Of a stretch of 64,000 nucleotides of DNA, positions 1 to 12,856 are shown in pieces (within the stretch, counting starts at the first letter, position 1; every line of letters starts with the position of its first letter). A program made the translations under genes and the position numbers. The DNA is from Leucoraja erinacea (taxonomy: Eukaryota): contig NC_073396.1 of NCBI RefSeq assembly GCF_028641065.1, positions 3,100,001-3,164,000 of the forward strand, read 5' to 3'. The notes beneath the pieces were generated by a model. That model made no database searches. It had not been told where the DNA came from and saw only the letters and a list, made by a program, of their open reading frames with translations.

Positions 1-920
1 TCCCACTAGTGGAAACATCCTCCCCACATCTGATCATCCACTGATTGTGGATGGTCAGCCATGATCCCTTTGAATGGTGGTGCTGGCTCGAAGGGCCGAA
101 TGGCCTACTCCTGCACCTATTGTCTAACTGAATGAGGGGATTACCCAGACTTGCTGCTCCACAATCCACGCCTATGATAGGAATATTGCTTTGGTTGTGA
201 AGGTCGGTGACTTCAGGAGTAGAGCCCAAAGATTTGGACTAACTCAGTGGCTCGGAGGTCATGGATAGGTGACGTTTCGGGTTGGGACCACTCTTCAGAC
301 TCCGAATCAGAAGTTCAGACTCAGAGTGACAGTATTTATCTCAAATGTGGAATCTCAGATAACTATGAAGTTTGATCTCCATCTAGACTGCTTTCTCACA
401 TCATAGGAAATTGGATGCTAATTGAAGCAAATATTTCTCTAGGTTTTCTTTGACTATGAACATTAATTGCCTCGTCTGCCATTGTAAATCATCTTACCAG
501 CAGATTCATTACAGATGCATAAAGGTTGGAGGAAATAATGAATCATTAACATTAGTGCCAGTGGGTGGTTTAGGGTTCAGTTTAGTGGTGTCATCTTCAA
601 ACTTGCAGATGGAGTTAGAGCTGAACTTGACCCCACAGTCGTGAGTGTAGAGGGAGTATATTAATCCTTGGGATAAAAATATTCAATGGGTATTTTTGCC
701 CACACACTAACAATTACATTTTATTTTAATTTATTCTGATCAGATACTTTTATATTAGTTTAGTTTAGAGATACAGCATGGAAACAGATCCTTCAGCCCA
801 CGGAGTTTACGCCGACCATCGATCACCAGTTCGTACTAGTTCTATGTTATCTCACTTTCTCATCCACTCCCTACACACTAGGGGCAATATACAGAGGGGC
901 AATTTACAGAGGGGCAATTT

Positions 921-1624
921 GCTCCCTTATACATCAAAGGAGACAAGGTGGAGAGAGTCAACGACTTTAAGTTCCTGGGAATAAACATCTCCCAGGACCT
1001 CAAATGGCAAATGAACACCATCACTCTCGTGAAGATGTCTCATCAGCGGCTGTATTTCCTGAGGTCTCTACGGAGAGCTAACGTCTCACAGCCGCTGCTG
1101 CTGTCCTTCTATCGATGCGCCGTGGAAAGTATCCTCACCTATGGAATCCTGGTGTGGTTTGCCAGCTGTACTGTGGCTGAGAGGAGGGCGCTGCAGGGAA
1201 TTATAAAAACTGCGCAGCGCATTACAAACGCTAACCTGCCCTCCTTGGATGACATATACAAGGCCCGATGCTTGCGCAGGGCCATAAATATCAAGAAGGA
1301 CACATCCCACCCTGCCAACCACCTTTTTACTCTGCTACCCTCCGGGAGGCGATTCAGGTCTCTCTGCAGGCTCGCACTGGTAGACTAAAAAATAGTTTCT
1401 ACCATTGTGCGATAAAAGAGCTTAACTCCAATAGTGAATACTGGGAAGCAAGAAGTAACTTAGAGAAATACCGCTAAATTATTTTAAACTCTTTTAAATA
1501 TGTATTTATATTTTACTATTAACTGTACATATGTGCATTGGTGTTGTGTTGTATTAACGGAGGAGAAGTAAATGGAATTTCGTTGCTCAGTTTTGTGCAA
1601 TGACAATAAACATACTCTATTCTA
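921..1624 (+). mobile_element. Rex1/Babar-type LINE, 3' fragment (RT C-terminal region)
   Basis: ORF 948-1388 has FKFLGI..DLKW, QRLYFLRSL, FYRCAVESILTYGILVWF and SHPANHLFTLLPSGRRFRSL, typical of Rex1/Babar ORF ends. The 3' end reads tgacaataaa followed by a short repeat. Confidence 0.85.
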
Positions 1625-1882
1625 AATGAGAAAATCATTTTTCACACAGATAGTGGTGAATCTGTGGAATTCTCGGCTACAGAAGTTAGTTGAGGCCAGT
1701 TCATTGGCTATATTTTAGAGGGAGTTAGATGTGGCCCTTGTGGCTAAAGGGATCAGGGGATATGGAGAGAAGTCAGGTATGGGATACTGAGTTGGATGAT
1801 CAGCCATGATCATATTGAATGGCGGTGCAGGCTCGAAGGGCCAAATGGCCTACTCCTGCACCTATTTTCTATGTTTCTATGT
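1625..1882 (+). mobile_element. CR1 LINE 3' end
   Basis: RVVNLWNS-type coding tail plus the 3' UTR shared with the long copy at 10671-11922, ending in (TTCTATGT)n. Confidence 0.85.
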
Positions 1883-2957
1883 AACCTACAACCTTGCACG
1901 TCTTTGGGATGTGGGAGGAAACCAGGGCAGCAAGAGGTCACCATGCGGTCACAGGGAAAGCATGCAAACTCCACACAGACAGCACCCGAGGTCAGGATCG
2001 AACCTGGGTCTCTGGCGCTGCGAGGCAGCAACTCTACCCGCTGTGCTACTGTGCTCTCTGATCAACGATCAATATTTACATTAACTCTTCTGCCTAAATG
2101 AAAATTCATTCTTTGTGTGTCCAATTTATATGCTAGCATCAGATATATTTCACCAGTAACGAAAAAGCCGATGAAGCCATAAATGATGAAGGGCATAAAA
2201 AAAAGTCAGAATGTTTCTGTCAGCAGAAATTATAATTAAACAGATAGGACATCAAAAGACACAAGGTGTACCATGACTGCAAGGCAGAGAGCAAAGTCAG
2301 CAGCTTCATCTCAAACATCCACAACATCATCATATAATCATTGAGATTAGAAATGCTGTTAGGAACCTGCATGATACGTGCATTTATATAGACATTCATG
2401 ACAGGAGTGGCAGCTGGACACACAAACCAGGATGATTGGTGTCCCAAAACACTCCAATCTGGTTTCTCAAGACAGGTGGATGTTTTTAATGGCGATTTTT
2501 TTTTCAGTTACTGTAAATTTACCTGGTGCCACATCATGAGCAGTGTGTATGATAAACAACATTAGGAGACACGGATTTTGAATTGCCCTTTAACCGAACA
2601 CTGACATTTACGAGAAGCGTAAGAACAAGGAACTGCAGGTAACTCAGCAGGTCAGGCAGCATTTCTAGAGAAGGTGACGCTTCGGTATAGGTGAGCTTTG
2701 GGTAGGACCCTTCTCCAGTCTGAAGAAGGTGCAGACACAAAATGGTGTATCTGTTCTGGCATTAGAGGGGAAGGTTGCCCTGTAGAACTCATTGCAGTAT
2801 CTTAAAATAAAATATATTGAGAGGACTAATATGCAGCTAGTATGCCATCCTATATCAGATTAATTTCTCACCCAATCTGGGTTCACATTTAAGTCAAGGC
2901 TATTAACTTCTTTGCTTCAAAAATAAGGTAACAGCAGGTAATGCAGCATCTCTTTTT

Positions 2958-4415
2958 TTAGTTTAGTTTACAGATACAGGCCCTTCGGCCCACCGGGTCC
3001 GCGCCAACCAGCAATCTGAGCGCATTAACACTATCCTGCCCCCACTAGGGACAATCTTTACATTTACCAAACCAATTAACCTATAAACCTGTACGACTTT
3101 AGAGTGTGGGAGGAAACCGAAGATCTCGGAGAAAGTCCACGCAGGTCACGAGCCCAAGGCCGTCTTAACACGTGGGCACGCTGGGCAGTTGCCCGGGGCC
3201 CACCACGAGCCTAGGGGACCCATGCTGATCTATGTATGTTGTGACATGCTGTCAATAAATAAATACTGAATTGCAAGAACGGATTCATCAACTGAATGAG
3301 TTTGCCATCCATGTGCCTTGTGCTGGACACCGCCTAAACTTAACATAGAAACATAGAAAATAGGCGTAGGAGAAGGCCATTCGGCCATTCGAGCCAGCAC
3401 CGCCATTCATTGTGATCATGGCTGATCGTCCCCAACTTGGTGGGTGTAAAAGTGGCAGAGTGTTGTCTACAGACTCTAAAATCCTTTGACTTGGCTCAGT
3501 GTCCGTATTCGTTTTTCTCTGATTCTACACATCGATGGAATGTTCCGGCATCATCTTTAGGAAATAAATGTTGTGGCCAAGCGTCTCAGTCTGACACGAG
3601 ATGGCCGTCACATTTTGATGCCGTTCGTGCTCTGTACGGGGGTTTGGAGAAAATTAAACATGCACTGGATTCTGTATCAGCTGACACTGAACAGGAAGTG
3701 AACACAAGGGGAGAGGCAGGAGGACTGAGCGAAAAAACGGAGAACCTGGAACGATCTTCCTCACAATTCTTTGGAATGACATCCTTGAAAGAGTGAACTA
3801 AACAAGCAAGGTACAGCAGTCAAGAGGATGTGAACATACTTGTTGCCATGAATCTTCTTGAGTCTCTGAAAACCTACCTTCAGGAAATTAGAGACAAATT
3901 TAGTGAATACGAATTGAAAGCCGGGAGTAGGTGTCCAGATTCAGATTATAGCGATGTGAAGAAACGGGAACGAAAGCTAAGTGTGCGTCTTACTAGATAT
4001 GACGGATCAGAAGAGGAGGATCAAAATAATTTCGGGCAACTTGAAATCTAATCTCATTAGTTTCCTAACGTTTAAATTGCACTCAGTGTTCACGTGTATG
4101 ATGGTGACTAACTGTGCAGGACAACGTTCATTTTCAAGACTGAAACTTATAGAAAATCAGCTTGGCAGCACAATGGGGCAGCAGCGTTTGAACTGGCTTT
4201 AATTTTATCGACCATTTACATTTTTATTCCAGCGAGTGGTTGTGTAGGTAGGGGCCCCAGTGCACTGCTTTGCCCAGGGGCCTATTATGCTGATAAGACG
4301 GCCCTGCACGAGGCGAACGTGCAAACTCCGTACAGACAGCACCCGTAGTCAGGATCGAACCCGGGTCTCTGGCGCTGCATTTGCTGTCAGGCGGCAACTC
4401 TACCGCTGTGCCACC
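2958..4415 (-). mobile_element. HE1-type SINE interrupted by a hAT transposon
   Basis: SINE 3' part at 2958-3154 and 5' part at 4307-4415 are collinear across the hAT insertion. Confidence 0.75.
3155..4306 (+). mobile_element. Internally deleted, degenerate hAT DNA transposon (Tip100-like termini)
   Basis: TIRs CAAGGCCGTCTTA and TAAGACGGCCCTG. 8-bp TSD cacgagcc (3147-3154) / cacgaggc (4307-4314). Frameshifted transposase pieces: FFSDSTHRW, SDTRW and the hATC-like motif VTNCAGQRSFSRLKLIENQLGSTMGQQRLNWL. Contains a CR1 3' stub at about 3342-3436. Confidence 0.85.
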
Positions 4416-5380
4416 GTGACCGTTCTCTCTGGAGAACATGGACAGGAGACTTCAGGTTGAGACCCCCTTCTTTAAGCATCATTAGCAGCTCGTTCCACAT
4501 ACCCAGCACTCTCTGAGTGGAAACGTTGCCCCTCAGTTTCCTATTCAGACCGAAGATCGAAACATCGCCTCTCCACCTTCTCCAGAGATGCTACCTGACC
4601 CGGAGAAACTCCAGCATTTTGTGTTTTTTTAATACTGACATTTTCAGATTCCATATATTAATATTTACAACTTTTATCACAATGAGCAAATCAATCTCGT
4701 TGCAAAATTGATACAACCGACAGTGCGCAATTAAATTTGCCAACTTGAATTCAGCATCAGGTGAAAAAAATATTTATTTTGCATCAGATGGACAGACCGA
4801 CCCAGTGTGGCAATGGACCATTACGTCCGCACCTTCACACTAGATCCTAGCAACACAGAACTAAAGTGGCAGCAGATTGCAAAGATAAACATTTTAGGCT
4901 ACTCGAAGATCTGATAACAGGGATCCTGTATTTATTTTCCTTTGTGAACAAGTTTGACCAATTAGTTCTGTTGACATCATAGAACGAGGCAAAGAAGAGA
5001 AATCCATTCCAACCGCCGCACCCATACCAACTCTTCCAAAGAACAGCCCTACGGCACTCACCCCTCTGTTCAAGGGACTGAACATATTTATCTTGCAATG
5101 TTTATCCTACTCCCCTTTAAAACTGATCGCTCACTCTGCTCTCTTTGAAACAATTCATCCCAGACCACAAAACACTGACATAACACAGCTAAAGGAATTG
5201 CGGGATATAGGGAGAAAGCAGGAACGGGGTACTGATTTTGGATGATCAACCATGATCATATTGAATGACCTACTCCTGTGCCTATTTTCCTATGTTTCTA
5301 GTAGGTGAATCAAGGACCACAGGACACAGGTTTAAGGTGAAGGGGAAAAGATTTAATAGGAATCTGAGGGGTAAGATAGT

Positions 5381-5598
5381 CCAAACCCGTCCTATCCATG
5401 CACCTATCTAACTGTTTCTTAAACTTTGGGATAGTCCCAGCCTCAACTACCTCCTCTGGTAGCTTGTTCCTTACACCCGCATTTTCACACAAAGGGTGGT
5501 GGGTGTATGGAACAAGCTACCAGAGGAGGTAGTTGAGGCTGGGACTATCCCAAAGTTTAAGAAACAGTTAGATAGGTGCATGGATAGGACAGGTTTGG
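5381..5598. repeat. 98-bp inverted duplication with a 22-nt spacer inside a CR1-like fragment
   Basis: 5381-5478 is the reverse complement of 5501-5598 with about 2 mismatches. Confidence 0.9.
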
Positions 5599-6235
5599 TG
5601 GGATTTGGACCAAAGGTGGGCAGGTGGGACAATGTGGCCAGTGTGGACAAGTTGGGCCGAAGGGCTTGTCATACAGCATTGAAACAGGCCCTTTGGCCCA
5701 ACTCGTCCATGCCGACCAAGATGACCTATCTAAGCTTTGCCCGCGTTTGGCCCATATCCGACTAATCCTTGTACATGTCCAAATGTCTTTTAAATGTTAT
5801 ATTACCTGCCTCAACTCCCTCCTCAGCCAGCTCCTTACCAAAAGTAAAACACAAAGTGCCAAAATGGGATCGACATAGGCCGAAGCATTACCTCTTCAAA
5901 TAGACACAGAGAAAAGAGCAGGGACTTGAACACGGCCAAGCTGAGAACTATCAAAAAACCTTAAAACCTATCAAAAAGAGTCACAGGGATGCATGGTTGA
6001 TGGATCGTGTAAGAGGGAACTGCTGATGCTGGTTTACACTGAAGATAGACATAAAATGCTCAAGAAAAGGAATAGGTCAAGATTCTGGTCGAGGCCTTTC
6101 TTCAGCAGTCTGAAGAAGGGTCTCGACCCGAAATATCACCCATTCCTTTTTTCCATAGTTGCTGCCTGACCCGCTGAGTTACTCCAGCACTTTGTGTCTA
6201 TATTTGGTTCATGGATAGGAAAGATTTGGAGTTCC

Positions 6236-6612
6236 TACTTACAAAATTGTTAAGGGGTTGGACAGGCTAGATGCAGGAAGATTGTTCCCGATGTTGGGGA
6301 AGTCCAGGACAAGGGATCACAACTTAAGGATAAGGGGGAAATCCTGTAAAACCGAGATGAGAAGAACTTTTTCACACAGAGAGTGGTGAATCTCTGGAAC
6401 TCTCTGCCACAGAGGGTAGTTGAGGCCAGTTCATTGGCTATATTTAAGAGGGAGTTAGATGTGGCCCTTGTGGCTAAGGGGATCAGGGGGTATGGAGAGA
6501 AGGCAGGTACGGGATACGGAGTTGGATGATCAGCCATGATCATATTGAATGGCGGTGCAGGCTCGAAGGGCCGAATGGCCTACTCCTGCACCTAATTTCT
6601 ATGTTTCTATGT
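6236..6612 (+). mobile_element. CR1 LINE 3' fragment
   Basis: KGLDRLDAGRLFPMLGKSRTR coding tail plus CR1 3' UTR with TTCTATGT tail. Confidence 0.85.
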
Positions 6613-6619
6613 TTTCCTA

Positions 6620-6950
6620 CACAGGAAGGAACTACAGATGCTGGTTTAAACCAAAGAGAGACACACAAAAGGTTGGAGTAACTCAGCAGGACATCAGCAT
6701 CTCTGGAGAGAAGGAAAGGGTGACGTTTCGGGTCGAGACCCTTCTTCAGACTAAAAGTCACGGGAAAGGGAAACGAGAGATATAGACGATGATGTAGAGA
6801 GATAAAGAACAATGAATGAAAGATATGCAAAAAATGTAACAATGATAAAGGAAACAGGCCATTGATAGCCGTTTGTTGGGTGAAAACAAGAAGCCGGTGT
6901 GACTTGGATGGGAGAGGGATAGAGAGAGAAGGAATGCTAGGGTTACTGAC
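6620..6950 (-). mobile_element. Penelope-like element 3' end with minimal hammerhead core
   Basis: Reverse complement of 6721-6752 reads agt CTGAAGA agggtc tc gaccc GAAA cgtca. The same module directly follows a GIY-YIG ORF end at 44237-44670. Confidence 0.7.
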
Positions 6951-7069
6951 GTGTATGAACTTTGTGGAGATAAATACAACCAACGCACACACGTCAAACC
7001 TTAATTAGTCATTAGTTTCAACCAGGTGGGCTCTGGTCCTGTTAATAACGAGTTAGGTGCTGGACAAGT

Positions 7070-7930
7070 TCAAAGTCAAGTTTATTGTCATAAGCACAAG
7101 TGCGCTGAGCTAGTTACCAGGAAAACCTTGCTTGCTGCAGACAGCTAGACACAAACACACAAAAACAAATCACACGTCAATTATACAAAATATACTTCAA
7201 ATTCTAAAAGATTATACAAAAAAAAGACATCAAGTTTAAAAATATTCTTAGAAAATAAAGCAAATCCATGGCAGTGCAAGAGATGAGACGGTGTTCTGTT
7301 GTCAAGTTACAACTGGGTTTGTGCAGATTGGTGCAAGAACAGGATCATTGTCAGAAAGTAGCTGATTCTGAAGCTGGTGTTGTGGGACTTCAGGTTTCTG
7401 TACCTCCTGCCCGACAGTAGCAGTGAGAGGACGGTTCGGTCCAGATGGAGGGGATCTTTGATGGTAGATGCCTCCTCCTTGAGCCAGTGTCTGGTGCAGA
7501 TGCTTTCGATGGTGTGGAGGGCTGTGCCCATGATGGAGTGGGCTGAGTGCACCACTCTCTGCAGCCTTGTGCGTTGAAGTTGCCGCACTAGGCCATGTTG
7601 CAAACGATGCAGAGCATCTGTAGACGTTTATTAGAGTATTCAACAATAAATGGTTCCATTTGTAACTAACCTCTTTAAACTTTTAAGAAAGTTAGGCGCT
7701 AAAGTTTCTTCATCATGATTACATCGATATGCTTGGCCCAGGTCAGCCGGGATGTTAACACCAAGGAGCCTGAAGCTGCTAACTCTGTCCTCCATTCACC
7801 CACCAATGAAAACTGCCATTTGGTTTCCTAACATCACTTTTTGAAGTTAACAATTAGTTCCTTCGTTTTATTGACATTGAGGAGAGATTCTTGAGGCAAC
7901 GCTCACTATCTCTCTCCGGTACGCTCACTC
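7070..7930 (-). mobile_element. Degenerate Rex1/Babar-type LINE fragment
   Basis: ORF 7307-7603 (RLQRVVHSAHSIMG..LHTIESI..KDPLH..LLLSGRRYRNLK) matches the same region as 948-1388. The tail has ttgaac-type repeats. Confidence 0.7.
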
Positions 7931-10670
7931 ATTGCTTCCAATGATAGACGTTGAGAGAGGCTGGAGTTTGGTGTTGTGCCATTTGATTACTTGGAAGAAG
8001 CCTGGCGATCACGGCTTTCAGGCTCCTGTACCGTCTTCCCAAAGGCAATAGCGAGACGCGAGGGGGTCCTTGATGGTGCTGGACACCCTTTCGAGGCTGC
8101 GCCTCCTATAGATCCCTTCAACGGTCAGTTGTCCACCACTCTCTGCAGCCTCCTTCGTACCTGGGCATTCGAGTTATCGAACCAAGGCCATGATGCAACC
8201 GGTCAACAAGCTAATCAAGTCAAGTCAATTCAAATATATTCGTTACGTACACATATGAGATGTGCAGTAAAATGAAAAGTGGCAATGCTCGCGAATTGTG
8301 CAAAAAAAACAAACAAACTACAAACAGACTATAATCATCAGCCGGACCGAGAGAGTGGCAGGAAAGGAAATCCTGTAAACTCGATCAGAAATCCACAGCA
8401 ACTTGTTACTAAAGGCACAAGCAGTTTGTGTAACACACTGGTTTACTGAATCAAAGCAAGCAACGTTGATGAGTTGTACCTTTGGCACCATCTTCTGGCA
8501 AACTGAAGAAAATGTCAAAAAGCAACCATGCCGGAACGAGAAACCAACAAGCTATCCAAGTGTAGACACAAAATGCTGGAGTAACTCAATGGGTGAAGCA
8601 TGACTCTCACCCGCTGAGTTACTCCAGCATTTTGTGTCTACCTTCGATTTTACCAGCATCTGCAGTTCTTCCATGCACAAGCTGTTCCACCATTCACTGC
8701 ACCTCAGTACATACGACCATAAACTAAACTCAAAACTCTCTAAAATCATGGCTGATCTATCTTATCCTCTCAACCCCATTCTCCTGAATTCTCCCCATAA
8801 CTTTTGATGCTCTTATTAATCAAGAACATATTAATCTCCACTTTAAAAATACCCAATGAGTTGGCCTCCTAAGTGGTCTGTGGCAATGAATTTCGCAGAT
8901 TCACCACCCTCTGGCTAAAAAAAAAAAAAACAAACTCCTCCTCATCTCCTTTCTAAAGGTAAATCCTTTCATTCTGAGGCCTTGTGCCCTCTGGTTTTAG
9001 ACTCTCCCACTAGTGGAAACCTCCTCCCCACATCCACTCTATCCAGGTGTAATCACATGCAGACACACTGAGGTGCAGGGACAATGAAGGTCTTGTTTGT
9101 AGCAGCATCACAATCACAGACTTAGCCAAACACACAGAGAACTTAAATTACACATAAGCTCTACAAGAAAATGAAAGGAAAGATGATGGTGCAAGAAAAA
9201 GTCTGTGTAAAACAAAAACCATTAGCGCAAGGCACGACCTCCGGCTCTACGACCACGTTTTAACCCGGATGCTCTCACCGTATCCCTTCATTATCACCTC
9301 TTCCACAGCCAACAATGGACCATTGTGGGCTCCAACTTTCCTGGGTGATTGGGTGCCGGCTCTGATTTGTTCTGTACCTTTTCATACTTCTAGTTTCCCC
9401 TCTCTCTTGACTCTCAGTCTGAAGAAGGGTCTCGACCCAAAACGTCATCTATTCTTTTCTCCAGAAATTCTGCCTGACCCATATAGAACCTGGCTCGGAC
9501 AAAACTCTCATTATTAATAACCCATTATCTGTTATTTGCACTTTATCAGTTTATTTATTCATGTGTGTATATATTTATATTATGGTATATGGACACACTT
9601 ATCTGTCTTGTAGTAAATGCCTACTATGTTCTGTGTGCTAAAGGAAAGCAAGAATTTCATTGTCCTATACAGGGACACATGACAATAAACACACTTGAAC
9701 TTGAACTTGAGTTATTCCAGCATTTTGTGTCTATCTTCCGTGCAAACCAGAATCTGCAGTTCCCTCCCACACATTTCAACAACCTGATAGATGTAGGAAA
9801 GAAGCTGTTCTCGGGCCTGATGATGTGCGACTTCAGGCTTCTATACCAGATGGTAGATGATAGATGCTGCCTTATTGAGACAGCGTCTCATGTGGAAGCT
9901 TTCAGAGGGCCATGCCCGTGGCGGATCTGGCCGACGTGATATTTTCGATTTACGATGGGTTTATCATAATGTAACCACATCGTAGGGCGAGGAGCAGCTG
10001 TATAGTCTTTCCGCTGACTGGTTAGTACGCAACAAAAAGCCTTTCGCTGTACCTCGGTACACGCGACAATAAACTGAAATATAATTTTTTAACAGCTTTG
10101 AAGCTAAAGGATACAAGATGGCGAATATAGTCACAAAATGTTGGAGTAACTCAGTGGGACAGGCAGCTTCTCTGGAGAGAAGGAATGAGTGACGTTTCGG
10201 GTTGAGCAGGTACAAGTTGACACCGGAAATGTGTCGATTCTTGTGTACTGCCTCAGCGATATCTATTCTTCTTACACACTCTTGTACTTAAGTAAGATTT
10301 TACGTGTGTACAGAAAGATTTTTCCTGAATTGTATGCAATTCATTGTATGAATTTCACTGTACCATGTGGCAGTCTGAAGAAGGGTCTCGACCTGAAACG
10401 TCACCCATTCATTCCCTCCAGAGATGCTGCTTGTGCTGCTGAGTTTCTTCCAGCATTTTGTGCCTCTCTCTTAGGCGACACAAATGGCTGGTTCCATCTC
10501 ACCCAGGGTCAGGCAGAACACTGCAGGGTGGAAGGAAGAAGAGTCCCGACCCGAAACATAAGCTGTCTGTTCTCTCCACAGATGCTGCCTGACCCACTGA
10601 GTTCCTCCAGTACTTTGTGTTTTGCTCACACTCACAGTTCCTGTCCCTAAGACACATAAAGTGCTGGAGT

Positions 10671-11922
10671 AACATAGAAACATAGAAATTAGGTGTAGGA
10701 GTAGGCCATTCGGCCCTTCGAGCCTGCACCGCCATTCAATATGATCATGGCTGATCATCCAACTCAGTATCCCGTAACTGCCTTCTCTCCATACCCCCTG
10801 ATCCCCTTAGCCACAAGGGCCACATCTAACTCCCTCTTAAATATAGCCAATGAACTGGCCTCAACTACCCTCTGTGGCAGAGAGTTCCAGAGATTCACCA
10901 CTCTCTGCGTGGAAAAAAAAGTTCTTCTCATCTCGGTTTTAAAGGATTTCCCCTTTATCCTTAAGCTGTGACCCCTTGTCCTGGACTTCCCTAACATCGG
11001 GAACAATCTTCCTGCATCTAGCCTGTCCAACCCCTTAAGAATTTTGTAAGTTTCTATAAGATCCCCTCTCAATCTTCTAAATTCTAGAGAGTATAAACCA
11101 AGTCTATCCAGTCTTTCTTCATAAGACAGTCCTGACATCCCAGGAATCAGTCTGGTGAACCGTCTCTGCACTCCCTCTATGGCAATAATGTCCTTCCTCA
11201 GATTTGGAGACCAAAACTGTACGCAATACTCCAGGTGTGGTCTCACCAAGACCCTGTACAACTGCAGTAGAACCTCTCTGCTCCTATACTCAAATCCTTT
11301 TGCAATGAAAGCTAACATACCATTCGCTTTCTTTACTGCCTGCTGCACCTGCATGCCTACCTTCAATGACTGGTGTACCATGACACCCAGGTCTCGCTGC
11401 ATCTCCCCCTTTCCCAATCGGCCACCATTTAGATAATAGTCTGCTTTCCTGTTTTTGCCACCAAAATGAATAACCTCACATTTATCCACATTATACTGCA
11501 TCTGCCAAACATTTGCCCACTCACCCAGCCTATCCAAGTCACCCTGCAGTCTCCTAGCATCCTCCTCACAGCTAACACTGCCCCCCAGCTTAGTGTCATC
11601 CGCAAACTTGGAAATATTGCCTTCAATTCCCTCATCCAGATCATTAATATATATTGTAAATAGCTGGGGTCCCAGTACTGAGCCTTGGGGTACCCCACTA
11701 GTCACTGCCTGCCATTGTGAAAAGGACCCGTTTACTCCTACTCTTTGCTTCCTGTTTGCCAGCCAGTTCTCTATCCACATCAATACTGAACCCCCAATGC
11801 CTTGTGCTTTAAGTTTGTATACTAATTTCTTATGTGGAACCTTGTCGAAAGCCTTCTGGAAGTCCAGATACACCACATCCACTGGTTCTCCCCTATCCAC
11901 GCTACTAGTTACATCCTCGAAA
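10671..11922 (-). mobile_element. 5'-truncated CR1 LINE with uninterrupted reverse-transcriptase C-terminal frame
   Basis: ORF 10764-11951 has VDVVYLDFQKAFDKV, GVPQGSVLGP, KFADDTKL, ERDLGV-like, VRPHLEYCVQFWSP and RVVNLWNSLP. The 3' UTR ends in (TTCTATGT)n. It is inserted into a Penelope-derived repeat. Confidence 0.95.
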
Positions 11923-12822
11923 ACATCCTGGAATAGCGGGTCAGGCAGCATCTCTGGAGAAAATGGATGGGTGATGTTTCAGGTTGAGGCCGGTCTTCTG
12001 AAGAGGGGTCTCTTTCCTCTAGAGATGCTGCCTGACCCGCTGAGTTATTCCAGGACTTTGTGTATCTTTGTCATAAACAAGCATCTACAGTTCTTTGTTT
12101 CTATGTACATATTGATCCTGTCCCTGTGTACACTACACTCTGCCATAGACTTTGCTGCAAGTTTCAAAACTCGGTGAGTGAATGCTTACAATGATCACTT
12201 CCGAGTCAATAAAGTTTTAAATTTCAGATTAATCTGAACACGAAACGGGAATGAGACAGATTACACAAACTCCCCAGGTATACAGAAGCCCTGCACAGAA
12301 CATGTTCTCCAGAGATGTTGCCTGGCCCGCTCCATTACTCCGGCACTTTGCCTCTTTTCTTTTCACAGAATCCCCGACGTTACAGAACACTTTAAAGACC
12401 CTTTGTGAAGTACGAAATAAATGCTCGCTCTTTAGCTTCCAGAGCTCCGTGAAATAAACAGCACGTGTTTCTATTAATGGTAAATGCAAGCCAGATAGCT
12501 GATCAGCAGCGATTCTGTTTAGTTTCTTGTCACTTGCCTGTGATCTTGTCCTTTTCTTTCTCTTCTGCCGGGTCGTATCAGGCTTCTCAGGTGCTGGCTG
12601 CGGGTCGTCAGTGGACAGTTTCACCTTGCGGGTTGCAAGTTTACTTTTCTTCTCTTTGGTCATCTTGTGGAATAACGAATGGATACGACTGGTGTTTGTT
12701 TGAAAGTTTCTTTTAAGTAAACCAGCCCGAGAGAGAGAGAGATATATAGTCAGTTAATTAGTTAGTTATTGACTGTACACAGAAGTTAAAGGGCTGCATC
12801 TGATGTTTGGACTACTTGTTAC

Positions 12823-12856
12823 CAAAGATCCTATAGCTCGCTAGACAGGATCTTTG
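12823..12856. mobile_element. 34-bp TIR-only remnant (probable excision footprint) with perfect 8-bp TSD
   Basis: cttgttac (12815-12822) | caaagatcctatagc-tcgctagacaggatctttg | cttgttac (12857-12864). Its ends match the TIRs of the element at 13986-14447. Confidence 0.85.

Larger units (their letters stand above)
757..2053 (-). mobile_element. HE1/V-SINE-type tRNA-derived SINE, split by Rex1 and CR1 insertions
   Basis: 3' part with (CTAAA)n tail at 757-920. 5' part with tRNA-like box B (GGTTCGATCC on -) at about 1883-2053. The halves join at the consensus seen in other copies (e.g. 17351-17633). Confidence 0.75.

Noticed and set aside
4789-4913. Possible plus-strand terminal exon (WTDRPSVAMDHYVRTFTLDPSNTELKWQQIAKINILGYSKI*)
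   Set aside because: It has a plausible acceptor, but I recognise no homologue and found no compatible upstream exon. A tBLASTn search would settle it.
8318-8518. Minus-strand acceptor-like site and short ORF as a second exon of the 12.3-kb ORF
   Set aside because: No recognisable protein similarity and no convincing matching donor upstream.
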